From an uncultured Phocaeicola sp. (lineage in GTDB: Bacteria > Bacteroidota > Bacteroidia > Bacteroidales > Bacteroidaceae), in NCBI GenBank assembly GCA_964469845.1, contig CAYXZF010000002.1:1031-65030 (forward strand): DNA of 64,000 nucleotides, read 5' to 3'. Below the pieces are notes generated by a model. The model was not told the origin of the DNA. It saw only the letters and a program-made list of their open reading frames with translations, and ran no database searches. Position numbers and translations under genes: made by a program. Below, in pieces: positions 10,711 to 19,500 of the stretch (its first letter is position 1; each line of letters begins with the position of its first letter).

Positions 10711-11226
10711 ATGCCCCAAGCCACCCGTCTACTACTGTTCTTATGCGTCCTTCTCCCCTTCCTGTTGGAGAGTTGCAGCACCGCTGTTCCGCAATACGAC
10801 TACCGGAAACTGGCGCAGGCTTCTCTCCGCTTGGGAATGGACATCGACAAGCAGGACAACCATGTTCTGTACATGGAGTCGGCGGCATGGCTGGGAGTGC
10901 CTTACCGCAGCGGCGGTGCTACCCGACGGGGCACCGACTGTTCGGGACTGACGTTCGCCATTTATCAAAAAGTATATCGCAAGACTCTGAGCCGAAATTC
11001 TGACGAGCAACGACGCAAGGATTGCCACAAGGTAAAGAAACCGAAACTTCGCGAAGGTGATTTGGTATTCTTCCACAACGGCAGAAAGAAAAAACAAGCG
11101 TCCCATGTAGGCATTTATCTGAAGAACGACCGATTCATTCACGCAAGTACCCGCCAAGGCGTCATCATCAGTTCGCTGAACGAAGATTACTGGCAAAAAC
11201 ATTGGTTGTGCGGAGGAAGACCTTGA
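10711..11226 (+). CDS. NlpC/P60 (C40) family peptidoglycan peptidase lipoprotein
   Basis: Lipobox LLESC. GTDCSGL catalytic Cys motif and downstream SHVGIY His motif. Start chosen at MPQATRLLLF. Confidence 0.85.
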   Translation: MPQATRLLLFLCVLLPFLLESCSTAVPQYDYRKLAQASLRLGMDIDKQDNHVLYMESAAWLGVPYRSGGATRRGTDCSGLTFAIYQKVYRKTLSRNSDEQRRKDCHKVKKPKLREGDLVFFHNGRKKKQASHVGIYLKNDRFIHASTRQGVIISSLNEDYWQKHWLCGGRP

Positions 11227-11659
11227 TACACATTACGACTCTTTCGTTTAAGGTAAATTTAATGAAAGACTTGCACTTACCCGATTTGTTTAGAATCGGA
11301 TATTTATTATACATAAAGAAGTTCAAATTTTAATGCCAAGAATCAAATCACGTAATAGGTTTCAAGTACCGATGAAGCCTATTACGTTAGCCTACGAAGC
11401 CGCTTTCGATGCCCGATGAAGCCGCTTTCATTTCTCAGTCCTTTAAAAGCCCTCCACAGCCGCTTCCTTTTCTGCTTCTTATTACCGTAGCGTTTGTACA
11501 TCTCGGGAAAGACGGGATTGGCTTTCCATTCCTCATAAAGCACATGGAGACGAATAAATTACCTTATTAAGCGAGTGTAAAGGAGCTGAAAATCTCCATA
11601 AACCTTTTGCCGTTTAACGGCTTTGTCGTATCTTCGCAATACCATTCAAATAAACACCC

Positions 11660-13090
11660 ATGATAACCGAAGAATTACAAAAACTCTATCAACTCCATAC
11701 CGGCGTACCCGCCGAAACAATCACCGAAATGCCAGCTTCGGGGTCCAACCGCCGATACTTCCGTCTGACAGGTGTGCAGAGCCTCATCGGTGTGTATGGC
11801 ACCTCGAAAGAAGAAAACGAAGCGTTTCTTTACATGGCTGAACACTTCAAAAAGAAACACCTGCCCGTGCCGCAAGTGCTGGGCGTGTCCGAAGACCATG
11901 CGTGCTATCTGCAAGAGGACTTGGGCGACACCCTCCTCTTCCACGCCATCGAGAAAGGACGCGTCACCAATTCTTTCTCGGAAGAAGAAAAGGAACTGCT
12001 CCGCAAAACCATCCGATTGCTTCCCGCCATCCAATTCGGCGGAGCGGACGGATTTGACTTCAGCCGATGCTACCCGCAACCGGAGTTTAACCGGCGTTCC
12101 ATCCTTTGGGACTTGAACTACTTTAAATACTGTTTCTTAAAAGCGACAGGAATAGATTTTCAGGAAGACCGACTGGAAGACGACTTCCAGAAGATGAGTG
12201 ATGTGCTGTTGCGGAGTTCTTCCGCCACTTTCATGTATCGCGACTTCCAAAGCCGCAACGTGATGATTAAGGACGGCGAACCGTGGTTCATCGACTTTCA
12301 AGGCGGACGAAAAGGACCGTTCTACTACGATGTGGCTTCTTTTCTGTGGCAAGCCAAAGCACGCTTTCCCGAAAGTTTGCGCAACGAATTGCTGGACGAA
12401 TACCTCAAAGCCCTCAGCAAGTACAAGCCGATAGACAGAAGCTATTTCTTCGGTCAACTGCGACATTTCGTTCTGTTCCGCACGCTGCAAGTGCTGGGTG
12501 CCTACGGATTCCGGGGATACTTCGAGAAGAAGCCGCACTTCATCCAAAGCGTACCTTTCGCCATCGAAAACCTCCGACAACTGCTGCGCGAGGACTACAC
12601 CGAATACCCCTACCTCTGCTCCGTACTGCACGAACTGACGGAACTGAAACAGTTCAAAGACGACTTGGAGAAACGGCAACTCACCGTGAAAGTGATGAGT
12701 TTTGCCTATAAGAAAGGCATTCCCGACGACCCGACAGGCAACGGCGGAGGATACGTGTTCGACTGCCGAGCGGTAAACAATCCCGGCAAATACGAGCGCT
12801 ACAAACCTTTCACCGGGCTGGATGAACCGGTCATCAAGTTTCTGGAAGATGACGGCGAAATTTTGCCCTTTTTGGAACATGCTTACGCCTTGGTAGACGC
12901 CTCGGTGCAGCGATACATGGAACACGGATTCAGCAACCTGTCCGTTTGCTTCGGATGCACCGGCGGACAACACCGTTCCGTCTATTCCGCCCAACACACG
13001 GCCGAACATCTGAACAAGAAGTTTGGCGTCAAGGTGGAACTGATTCACCGCGAACAGAACATCGAACAAACCTTTGAAGCAAGCGTATGA
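11660..13090 (+). CDS. Fusion protein: APH-family (AmgK-like) anomeric sugar kinase domain plus RapZ C-terminal domain
   Basis: The N-terminal ~340 aa carry the APH catalytic motifs DFQSRNVM and FIDFQGG. The C-terminal ~130 aa (FAYKKGIPDD..YVFDCRAVNNPG..FTGLDEPV..GCTGGQHRSV) align colinearly with the E. coli RapZ C-terminal domain (FGFKHGIP..YVFDVRFLPNPHW..MTGLDKPV..GCTGGKHRSV). Confidence 0.8.
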   Translation: MITEELQKLYQLHTGVPAETITEMPASGSNRRYFRLTGVQSLIGVYGTSKEENEAFLYMAEHFKKKHLPVPQVLGVSEDHACYLQEDLGDTLLFHAIEKGRVTNSFSEEEKELLRKTIRLLPAIQFGGADGFDFSRCYPQPEFNRRSILWDLNYFKYCFLKATGIDFQEDRLEDDFQKMSDVLLRSSSATFMYRDFQSRNVMIKDGEPWFIDFQGGRKGPFYYDVASFLWQAKARFPESLRNELLDEYLKALSKYKPIDRSYFFGQLRHFVLFRTLQVLGAYGFRGYFEKKPHFIQSVPFAIENLRQLLREDYTEYPYLCSVLHELTELKQFKDDLEKRQLTVKVMSFAYKKGIPDDPTGNGGGYVFDCRAVNNPGKYERYKPFTGLDEPVIKFLEDDGEILPFLEHAYALVDASVQRYMEHGFSNLSVCFGCTGGQHRSVYSAQHTAEHLNKKFGVKVELIHREQNIEQTFEASV

Positions 13091-13824
13091 AAGCCATGAT
13101 ATTCGCGGCGGGACTGGGCACACGGCTCAAACCGCTCACCGACCATCTGCCGAAAGCTCTCGTCCCTGTTGCTGGACGACCGATGCTGGAACACGTCATC
13201 GGAAAACTGAAAGCTGCGGGATTTGACGAAATCGTCATCAACGTCCACCACTTTGCCGGACAAATCACCGACTTCCTGCGGGCGAACGACAACTTCGGTC
13301 TTACCGTCCACATCAGCGATGAAACAAACCGACTGCTCGATACGGGGGGCGGCATCAAGAAGGCGGCTCCGTTCTTCGCCGACGGCAAGCCGTTTTTGGT
13401 TCACAACGTGGACATCCTTTCGGACATCGACCTGAAAGTACTCTACGACTTCCATTGCACGAGCGGTAACGATGCCACCCTGCTGGTCAGCCCCCGAAAG
13501 ACAGCACGCTATCTGCTGTTTGACACATCCGACCGCCTGTGCGGATGGGTAAACAAAGACACGTTCCAAACCAAGCCCGATGGTTTTGTTTACCGACCGG
13601 AGGTACAGCGCGAATACGCGTTCAGCGGCATCCATGTCCTCTCTCCCACCCTGTTTCAAGCAATGGGCGATAAATGGACGGGCAAGTTTTCCATCATGGA
13701 TTTCTACTTGCAGACATGTCGCACCGCCCGTCTTGGCGGCTGCATAAAAGAAGACTTGAAACTGATTGACATCGGCAAGCCGGAAACGCTGGCGCAAGCG
13801 GAAGCGTTTGTCTGGGAAATGTAA
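13087..13824 (+). CDS. murU: Sugar-1-phosphate nucleotidyltransferase, MurU-like (MurNAc-1-P uridylyltransferase candidate)
   Basis: N-terminal AAGLGTRLKPLT nucleotidyltransferase motif; 245 aa. ATGA overlap with the kinase-fusion gene. Confidence 0.65.
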   Translation: MKAMIFAAGLGTRLKPLTDHLPKALVPVAGRPMLEHVIGKLKAAGFDEIVINVHHFAGQITDFLRANDNFGLTVHISDETNRLLDTGGGIKKAAPFFADGKPFLVHNVDILSDIDLKVLYDFHCTSGNDATLLVSPRKTARYLLFDTSDRLCGWVNKDTFQTKPDGFVYRPEVQREYAFSGIHVLSPTLFQAMGDKWTGKFSIMDFYLQTCRTARLGGCIKEDLKLIDIGKPETLAQAEAFVWEM

Positions 13825-13892
13825 GAATAAGAAAGAAGAAGCGGTGCGGACGATTTCCATCATTTGTCCGCGCCGCTTCTTCTTTCTTATTC
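13825..13892. terminator. Bidirectional intrinsic terminator (27-bp stem) between convergent murU and metH
   Basis: GAATAAGAAAGAAGAAGCGGTGCGGAC (13825-13851) pairs with GTCCGCGCCGCTTCTTCTTTCTTATTC (13866-13892) with one G-U pair and a 14-nt loop. The right arm overlaps the metH stop codon. Confidence 0.7.
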
Positions 13893-16634
13893 AAATAACT
13901 TCAGCCGCTTCTTTTGAGCCTCTTCCATCGTGACAAGTTTCACCTGCCGGTCGGCATCGCCTTGCCGCAGGCGTTCGTACTCTTCGTTCAGCGCACGACG
14001 ATAATCCTCACGCTGTTCGGGGTTGAGCAAGCGGGCGGCTACAAGCGCATTCTGCGAAGCGTCCTTCAAATGAACCACCGGACCGCCATAAACGGGGGCA
14101 ATCTTGAGGGCGGTATGAAGCGCGGAAGTGGTGGCTCCCCCAATCATGATGGGAATGTCGAGTCCCGCACGGCGCATCTCGACGGCCACGTGTACCATTT
14201 CTTCAAGCGAAGGCGTAATCAGCCCGCTCAATCCCACAATGTCGGCCTGCTCCTCGATGGCACGGCGGACAATGGTTTCGGCAGACACCATCACGCCCAA
14301 GTCGATGATGTCGTAATTGTTACAAGCCATCACCACGGACACAATGTTCTTGCCAATGTCGTGTACATCGCCTTTCACCGTGGCGAGTACCACCTTGCCC
14401 GCCTTCTTCGCTCCCGAGTCCTTGCCCGCCTCGATGAACGGGCGGAGAATGGCTACCGCTTTCTTCATGGTACGTGCGGTTTTGACCACTTGCGGCAAAA
14501 ACATCTTGCCGGATCCAAAGAGTTCGCCCACCCGGTTCATGCCGTCCATCAGGGGACCTTCGATGATGGCTACCGCCTTGGGATACTTGGACAGCGCCTC
14601 TTGAAGGTCGGCTTCCAGATAGTCGCCCAAGCCCTTCACCAACGCATGCATCAGACGTTCTTCCACCGGGGCATCGCGCCACGCCAAGTGGTGGACGGCT
14701 TGCGCAGACGAATCTTGCACGGCGGCCTTGAGTGCTTCCGCCGTTTCAATCAACCGTTCGGCCGCATCGGGACGGCGATTCAGCACCACATCCTCAATGC
14801 GTTCCAACACATCGGCAGGAATGTCGCTATAAAGCACGGAAGTGGCAGGATTGACTATCGCCATATCCATTCCCTCCCGAACGGCATGATAAAGAAAGAC
14901 TGCATGCATGGCCTCGCGAATGTAGTTATTGCCGCGGAAAGAGAAAGAGAGATTGCTCACGCCACCGCTCACATGTGCGCCGGGCAGGTTCTTCCGAATC
15001 CAGCCGGTGGCACGGATGAAATCGACGGCATAGTTGTTGTGCTCCTCGATACCCGTCGCCACGGCAAGCACATTAGGATCGAATATGATGTCGCACGGAT
15101 GGAAGCCGACCGTCTCGGTGAGGATGCGATAAGCCCGGCTGCATACTTCAATCTTCCGTTCATAGGTGTCCGCCTGTCCCTGTTCGTCGAAAGCCATCAC
15201 CACGACAGCGGCTCCCAGCCGTTTGATGAGCGAAGCCCGTTCGATGAATTTCTCCTCACCCTCCTTCAAGGAAATGGAATTGACGATGGACTTTCCCTGC
15301 AAACACTTTAACCCCGCTTCGATAACCTCCCACTTCGAAGAGTCTATCATCATCGGTACACGGGCGATTTCAGGTTCCGACATCACCAGATTGAGGAATA
15401 TCGTCATTTCCTCGCGGGCATCCAGCAGTCCGTCGTCCATATTCACGTCAATGACAAGAGCCCCGTCCTCCACCTGCTTGCGGGCAATGCCAAGTGCCTC
15501 CTCGTAATTCTTTTCGTTGATTAGCCGAAGGAACTTACGCGAACCCGCCACGTTACATCGTTCGCCTACGTTGATAAAGTTCACTTCACGACTTTGTTCC
15601 AGCAATTCCAAACCCGAAAGGCGGAAAGTACCGGAGTCGGCTACCGGCACATGCGGACTGCCGGCCTCCACCAACGGCACATATCGGGCGATGTAAGCCT
15701 CGGTCGTTCCGCAACATCCGCCGATGATGTTCACCAGTCCCTCTTCAATGTATTCCCGCACCTCCGCCGCCATATCGTCGGGAGTTTGGTCATACTCGCC
15801 CAAGCTGTTGGGAAGTCCGGCATTCGGGTAGGCGCTGATATAATAAGGCGCACGGTCGGCCAACTGCTTTAAGAACGGCTTCAGTTGCTTTGCGCCGAAC
15901 GAGCAATTCAGCCCGATAGAAAAAACGGGCGCATGCTGCACCGATGCAAGAAAAGCATCCAGTGTCTGTCCGGAAAGTGTTCGTCCGGCTGTGTCGGACA
16001 CGGTGATGGAAAGCATGAGCGGCACTTCCCTGCCGGCGGTTTTCATCGCCTCGCATGCCGCAAAGACAGCCGCCTTCGCATTCAATGAATCGAAGATGGT
16101 TTCTATCAAGAGGGCATCCACCCCTCCTTCGAGCAACGCCGACATCTGTTCCTCGTAAGCCTCCACCAACTCATCGAAAGTGATGGCACGGAAAGCCGGA
16201 TTGTTCACATCCGGACTCATGGAACAAGTCTTGTTGGTAGGTCCCACCGAACCCGCCACAAAACGAGGTTTTTCCGGATTCATGCGTGTATATTCATCGG
16301 CCAGCACTCGTGCCAGTTTCGCCGCCGCTAAATTGATTTCACGGCAGCAGTCCTGCACCTGATAGTCGGCCATCGAGATGCGCTGAGCATTGAACGTATT
16401 GGTTTCGATGATGTCCGCACCCGCCTCCAGATACTTGCGGTGAATGTCTTGGACAATGTGAGGGGCGGTAAGGCACAACAAGTCGTTGTTTCCTTTCATT
16501 TGACCGGTCTGTTGCGTGAAACGTGTCCCCCGGAAGTCTGCTTCGGACAAGTTATATTTCTGAATCATGGTGCCCATCGCCCCATCCAGAATAAGGATGC
16601 GGCGAGCCACCTGTTCCTGTATAGTCTTCATCAT
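13887..16634 (-). CDS. metH: Cobalamin-dependent methionine synthase, short form lacking the AdoMet reactivation domain
   Basis: Hcy-binding, pterin-binding and B12-cap/B12-binding modules are recognisable (DVHDIGKN = DxHxxG B12 ligand motif). It is 915 aa from MMKTIQEQ, whereas E. coli MetH has a fourth module. Confidence 0.93.
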   Translation of the reverse strand: MMKTIQEQVARRILILDGAMGTMIQKYNLSEADFRGTRFTQQTGQMKGNNDLLCLTAPHIVQDIHRKYLEAGADIIETNTFNAQRISMADYQVQDCCREINLAAAKLARVLADEYTRMNPEKPRFVAGSVGPTNKTCSMSPDVNNPAFRAITFDELVEAYEEQMSALLEGGVDALLIETIFDSLNAKAAVFAACEAMKTAGREVPLMLSITVSDTAGRTLSGQTLDAFLASVQHAPVFSIGLNCSFGAKQLKPFLKQLADRAPYYISAYPNAGLPNSLGEYDQTPDDMAAEVREYIEEGLVNIIGGCCGTTEAYIARYVPLVEAGSPHVPVADSGTFRLSGLELLEQSREVNFINVGERCNVAGSRKFLRLINEKNYEEALGIARKQVEDGALVIDVNMDDGLLDAREEMTIFLNLVMSEPEIARVPMMIDSSKWEVIEAGLKCLQGKSIVNSISLKEGEEKFIERASLIKRLGAAVVVMAFDEQGQADTYERKIEVCSRAYRILTETVGFHPCDIIFDPNVLAVATGIEEHNNYAVDFIRATGWIRKNLPGAHVSGGVSNLSFSFRGNNYIREAMHAVFLYHAVREGMDMAIVNPATSVLYSDIPADVLERIEDVVLNRRPDAAERLIETAEALKAAVQDSSAQAVHHLAWRDAPVEERLMHALVKGLGDYLEADLQEALSKYPKAVAIIEGPLMDGMNRVGELFGSGKMFLPQVVKTARTMKKAVAILRPFIEAGKDSGAKKAGKVVLATVKGDVHDIGKNIVSVVMACNNYDIIDLGVMVSAETIVRRAIEEQADIVGLSGLITPSLEEMVHVAVEMRRAGLDIPIMIGGATTSALHTALKIAPVYGGPVVHLKDASQNALVAARLLNPEQREDYRRALNEEYERLRQGDADRQVKLVTMEEAQKKRLKLFE

Positions 16635-16741
16635 TTTCTCTTTCCTTAATCTAATAATACCTGATTCGTTCCTGTTCGGAAACACGCGACATCCCCTTGA
16701 TAAAAGAGAAGGTTCGGAAACGGTCTCCGTCCGCTCTCGGA

Positions 16742-17194
16742 CTAACGTTTGAACATCCTATCCATTTCGCGACGGTCGTCCTTCTCTTTCAGCGACTGTC
16801 GTTTGTCGTACTGTTTCTTACCCTTTGCCAACGCAATGACCAACTTGGCCAATCCTTTTTCATTGATAAACAAGCGGGTCGGCACGATGGTGAAACCGGG
16901 AGTCTTCTCCGCTTCCTGCAATTTGCGCAGTTCCTTCTTGCTCAGGAGCAGCTTGCGCTCGCGTCTTGCGGCATGATTGTTGTACGAGCCATAGAAGTAT
17001 TCGGCGATATGCATGTTCTTCACCCAAAGTTCGCCGTGCACAAAGTAGCAATACGTATCCACCAGTCCGGCTTTTCCCAAGCGGATGGACTTAATTTCCG
17101 TGCCCGTAAGCACGATGCCTGCCGTATAGGTGTCGATAAACTCGTAGTCGAACGAGGCACGCTTGTTTTTTATGTTTATTGCATTTGGTTTCAT
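16742..17194 (-). CDS. smpB: SsrA-binding protein SmpB
   Basis: 150 aa; [27 protein letters not shown] and the C-terminal basic tail are typical of SmpB. Confidence 0.95.
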   Translation of the reverse strand: MKPNAINIKNKRASFDYEFIDTYTAGIVLTGTEIKSIRLGKAGLVDTYCYFVHGELWVKNMHIAEYFYGSYNNHAARRERKLLLSKKELRKLQEAEKTPGFTIVPTRLFINEKGLAKLVIALAKGKKQYDKRQSLKEKDDRREMDRMFKR

Positions 17195-17764
17195 TTAGTT
17201 CAAAATTAAAGACAACTTATTAAATATGCCAGCAATCAAAGCGGGACACAGAATGATTACCACCGAAACTATCAGCGAATAGCGTGTCAGTTTCCTTTCT
17301 TCTACATCCATCAGCATGCGGGCACCTTCGTACACCACAAACACGGTATAGAACTGCAAAATCCAGTGCAGAATGGAAATGGAGAACAGCCCGCTGATAA
17401 TGTCGAGCACAAATGTCACTACCATGGCATAACCCACAAACTGCCGATTGAGTTCAAGTTCCTCGTCCATGCCCAGCATCCGCTTACCCAACAGATTGGT
17501 AACATAAGCCGCCAAAAAGAATCCTCCGAACAAGGACACGAAAGTGGCGCAGCAACGGGTCATGGCAATCTGAAACGCCGAAGCGCCCGCCGTATTTCCG
17601 ATGAGCGTACCGATAAACACCGACAGTCCGCACAAGCCTATCAGCGGATAGACAAATGCCGACAACACTTTTTTTCGATCTTCTTCACAGCAGATTTCCT
17701 CCCAGGCCTTGGCCGGCGAAGAAATCAGCAGCACAATTCTATTAAACAGTTCCTTATAGTTCAT
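17195..17764 (-). CDS. Yip1-family integral membrane protein
   Basis: ORF 17195..17929. Start chosen at MNYKELFNRI (17764). About 5 TM helices follow a short soluble N-terminus. The upstream extension is unlikely to be coding. Confidence 0.6.
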   Translation of the reverse strand: MNYKELFNRIVLLISSPAKAWEEICCEEDRKKVLSAFVYPLIGLCGLSVFIGTLIGNTAGASAFQIAMTRCCATFVSLFGGFFLAAYVTNLLGKRMLGMDEELELNRQFVGYAMVVTFVLDIISGLFSISILHWILQFYTVFVVYEGARMLMDVEERKLTRYSLIVSVVIILCPALIAGIFNKLSLILN

Positions 17765-17925
17765 AGTTCGCTTATGATTCGATATGAATTGCAAAGGTAT
17801 AAAAAGTATTTTTATATAAAGAAAGAGTAAACCGTTTTTTAACGGAAGAACGCACATAAAAAAAGGAATAAAAAAGGCCGCATCGTCACATTGGATGCAG
17901 CCTTTCACTTGGATTTTACTCAATA

Positions 17926-18672
17926 TCAATAAGCTGTGAAAAACAAATCTTTCTTAGCCATCTTGCATTCTACCTTCTGTCCTTCACCCATGGAAGACGA
18001 ACGATAGTTCAGCGCCACGGTAACGCTGTCTGCCGATACCTCTTCGTTTACGCGACGAAAAATATCGCCCGGCAATTTGAAACTAAACAACGAAGTAGAA
18101 GAATAATTTCCATAATTCGATTTGTCATCGTAATACAGTGTCAGATTCACCTTGGCATTCTGCACATCAATATCTTCCTTGCTATTGTAAGCAACATTCA
18201 TATAAGGAGTTACCCCTTGGTTGAAATTCACCGAAATGGAAGCGGTGATATAACCTTTCGCTCCATAAAAGCCGGCAATCTGATTAATCGCATCCTGTGT
18301 ATTGACCAACGAATCCACCGCAGCTTCATTTTCATAAAGGTCGATAACCGTTGAAGTGGCGATGCTGTACGAATAACAAGGGTCAATTTTCACATCATAG
18401 CTCTTTCCCGGCTCCAATTCAGAACCGTTCAAACTTTCCGATACCAAATCGAAGGCCACAACCGCTCTTTCCAACTTATCCAAACCGGTGACAGTAGTCA
18501 TAGGACGCAAAACAGAGCCATTGTCCGCATACAAAGTGAACGCACCGGGACCCACAGTCACCGCACACTGATAAGATGGATAGACACTGTCGCCATCACT
18601 ATCCAAACATGAACTAAAAGCAAAAGCTGACACCAAAGCAGCCGTCAATACAAAAAATCTAAACTTCTTCAT
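17926..18672 (-). CDS. Lipoprotein of unknown function
   Basis: Start at MKKFRFFVLTAALVSAFAFSSC (lipobox FSSC). 248 aa, beta-rich composition. The local DNA is AT-richer than the flanks. Confidence 0.65.
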   Translation of the reverse strand: MKKFRFFVLTAALVSAFAFSSCLDSDGDSVYPSYQCAVTVGPGAFTLYADNGSVLRPMTTVTGLDKLERAVVAFDLVSESLNGSELEPGKSYDVKIDPCYSYSIATSTVIDLYENEAAVDSLVNTQDAINQIAGFYGAKGYITASISVNFNQGVTPYMNVAYNSKEDIDVQNAKVNLTLYYDDKSNYGNYSSTSLFSFKLPGDIFRRVNEEVSADSVTVALNYRSSSMGEGQKVECKMAKKDLFFTAY

Positions 18673-18793
18673 CTTTTTTTCTTTATTATTTAAAATGGTG
18701 TGCAAATTTAAATAAAAGAATCGAGTAAACATCAAATGCACTCATTCTTTTTATATTTTTAGGATTATGACACCGAATCTTAAAAACGCTTCC

Positions 18794-19300
18794 TTACTTC
18801 ACCACTTCGGCAAAGTAATCAAGATGCTCGTCCACATACTCGGCGATATGAGCTGTAACCTGTTCTTCCATGTCCATAAACTCCTCCTCCAAATCGTCGA
18901 AAGCCTCGTATTGCTCATACATCGCCATAAACTCGTCATCGTCACGCTCCTTCTCCAAATCCTCACGATTTTCATCGTATATTTTCTTGGCGGTATATAT
19001 CAGCTTTGAAAAGTCCTTTACCCCGAACAGACGCATCGCCTTGGCAAAGGGGTTATCGAAGATGTAAGGACCGTATCCGTTCTGGATGAGCTGCACGAAT
19101 CCGCCTTCGTTCACCTCTTCACGAAAAATGTGATAGCCCAGCAACGAATGCTGATACCCGTTAAGCAACGGCATCGTATCGGCATCGACGACTCCACCCG
19201 TCACCTCCTGATACTTATCGATGAACACTTTCAGAAAGCCGTCCATACCTTCTTCCGCTCCCCGGCGGAGAGCCTCATCCGCAATTTTGATTGTTTCCAT
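18794..19300 (-). CDS. DUF4375 (DMP19 C-terminal-like) domain protein
   Basis: 168 aa, acidic. EVNEGGFVQLIQNGYG matches the NGGF-type core remembered for DUF4375/DMP19-like proteins. Confidence 0.6.
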   Translation of the reverse strand: METIKIADEALRRGAEEGMDGFLKVFIDKYQEVTGGVVDADTMPLLNGYQHSLLGYHIFREEVNEGGFVQLIQNGYGPYIFDNPFAKAMRLFGVKDFSKLIYTAKKIYDENREDLEKERDDDEFMAMYEQYEAFDDLEEEFMDMEEQVTAHIAEYVDEHLDYFAEVVK

Positions 19301-19334
19301 ACGCTATTCCTATTTATATATATCATTCAGGGCG

Positions 19335-19342
19335 CAAAGATA
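19335..19342 (-). promoter_or_regulatory. Bacteroidota -7 box (TATCTTTG on the minus strand) for the DUF4375 gene
   Basis: CAAAGATA on the plus strand is TAnnTTTG on the minus strand, about 35 nt upstream of the ATG at 19300. Confidence 0.45.
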
Positions 19343-19395
19343 AGCCTTTCGGCGAAAAAGAAAAAACTTTTTTAAAAAAGAAGAGGGCGTTCTTG

Positions 19396-19426
19396 TTTGG
19401 TAAAAAGAATAAAACCACTAACTTTG
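19396..19426 (+). promoter_or_regulatory. Bacteroidota sigma-A type promoter (-33 TTTG, 19-nt spacer, -7 TAACTTTG) for the NifU-like/GGGtGRT operon
   Basis: TTTG at 19396-19399 and TAACTTTG at 19419-19426, about 75 nt upstream of the ATG at 19501. Confidence 0.55.
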
Positions 19427-19500
19427 TGGCTGAATTGGGCTGATGCCCTTTTCAAACGTGGTTACGAATATATTTTTGTATTACTAAAAACGTAAAGAAT

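Noticed and set aside
12137-13863. Long antisense ORFs (12137-13123, 328 aa; 13045-13863, 272 aa) opposite the kinase-fusion and murU genes.
   Set aside because: They are shadow ORFs on the strand opposite clearly homologous genes. Their translations are low-complexity (V/F/G/Q/H-rich) with no recognisable motifs. The same judgement applies to 13914-15311, 35189-36034, 39490-40698, 49900-51042, 53406-54542, 56303-57418, 58892-60049, 60704-61723 and the many shorter overlapping ORFs in the track.
17765-17929. N-terminal extensions suggested by the ORF track. Examples: 17765-17929 for the Yip1 gene, 30887-31051 for maf, 29725-29814 for GH2, 18673-18741 for the lipoprotein, 1437-1487 and 1511-1540.
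   Set aside because: The internal ATGs give canonical family N-termini or signal peptides (VLASNSPRR for Maf; MKHILSFLF.. and MKKFRFFVL.. signal peptides). The extensions overlap upstream genes or promoter regions and look non-native.
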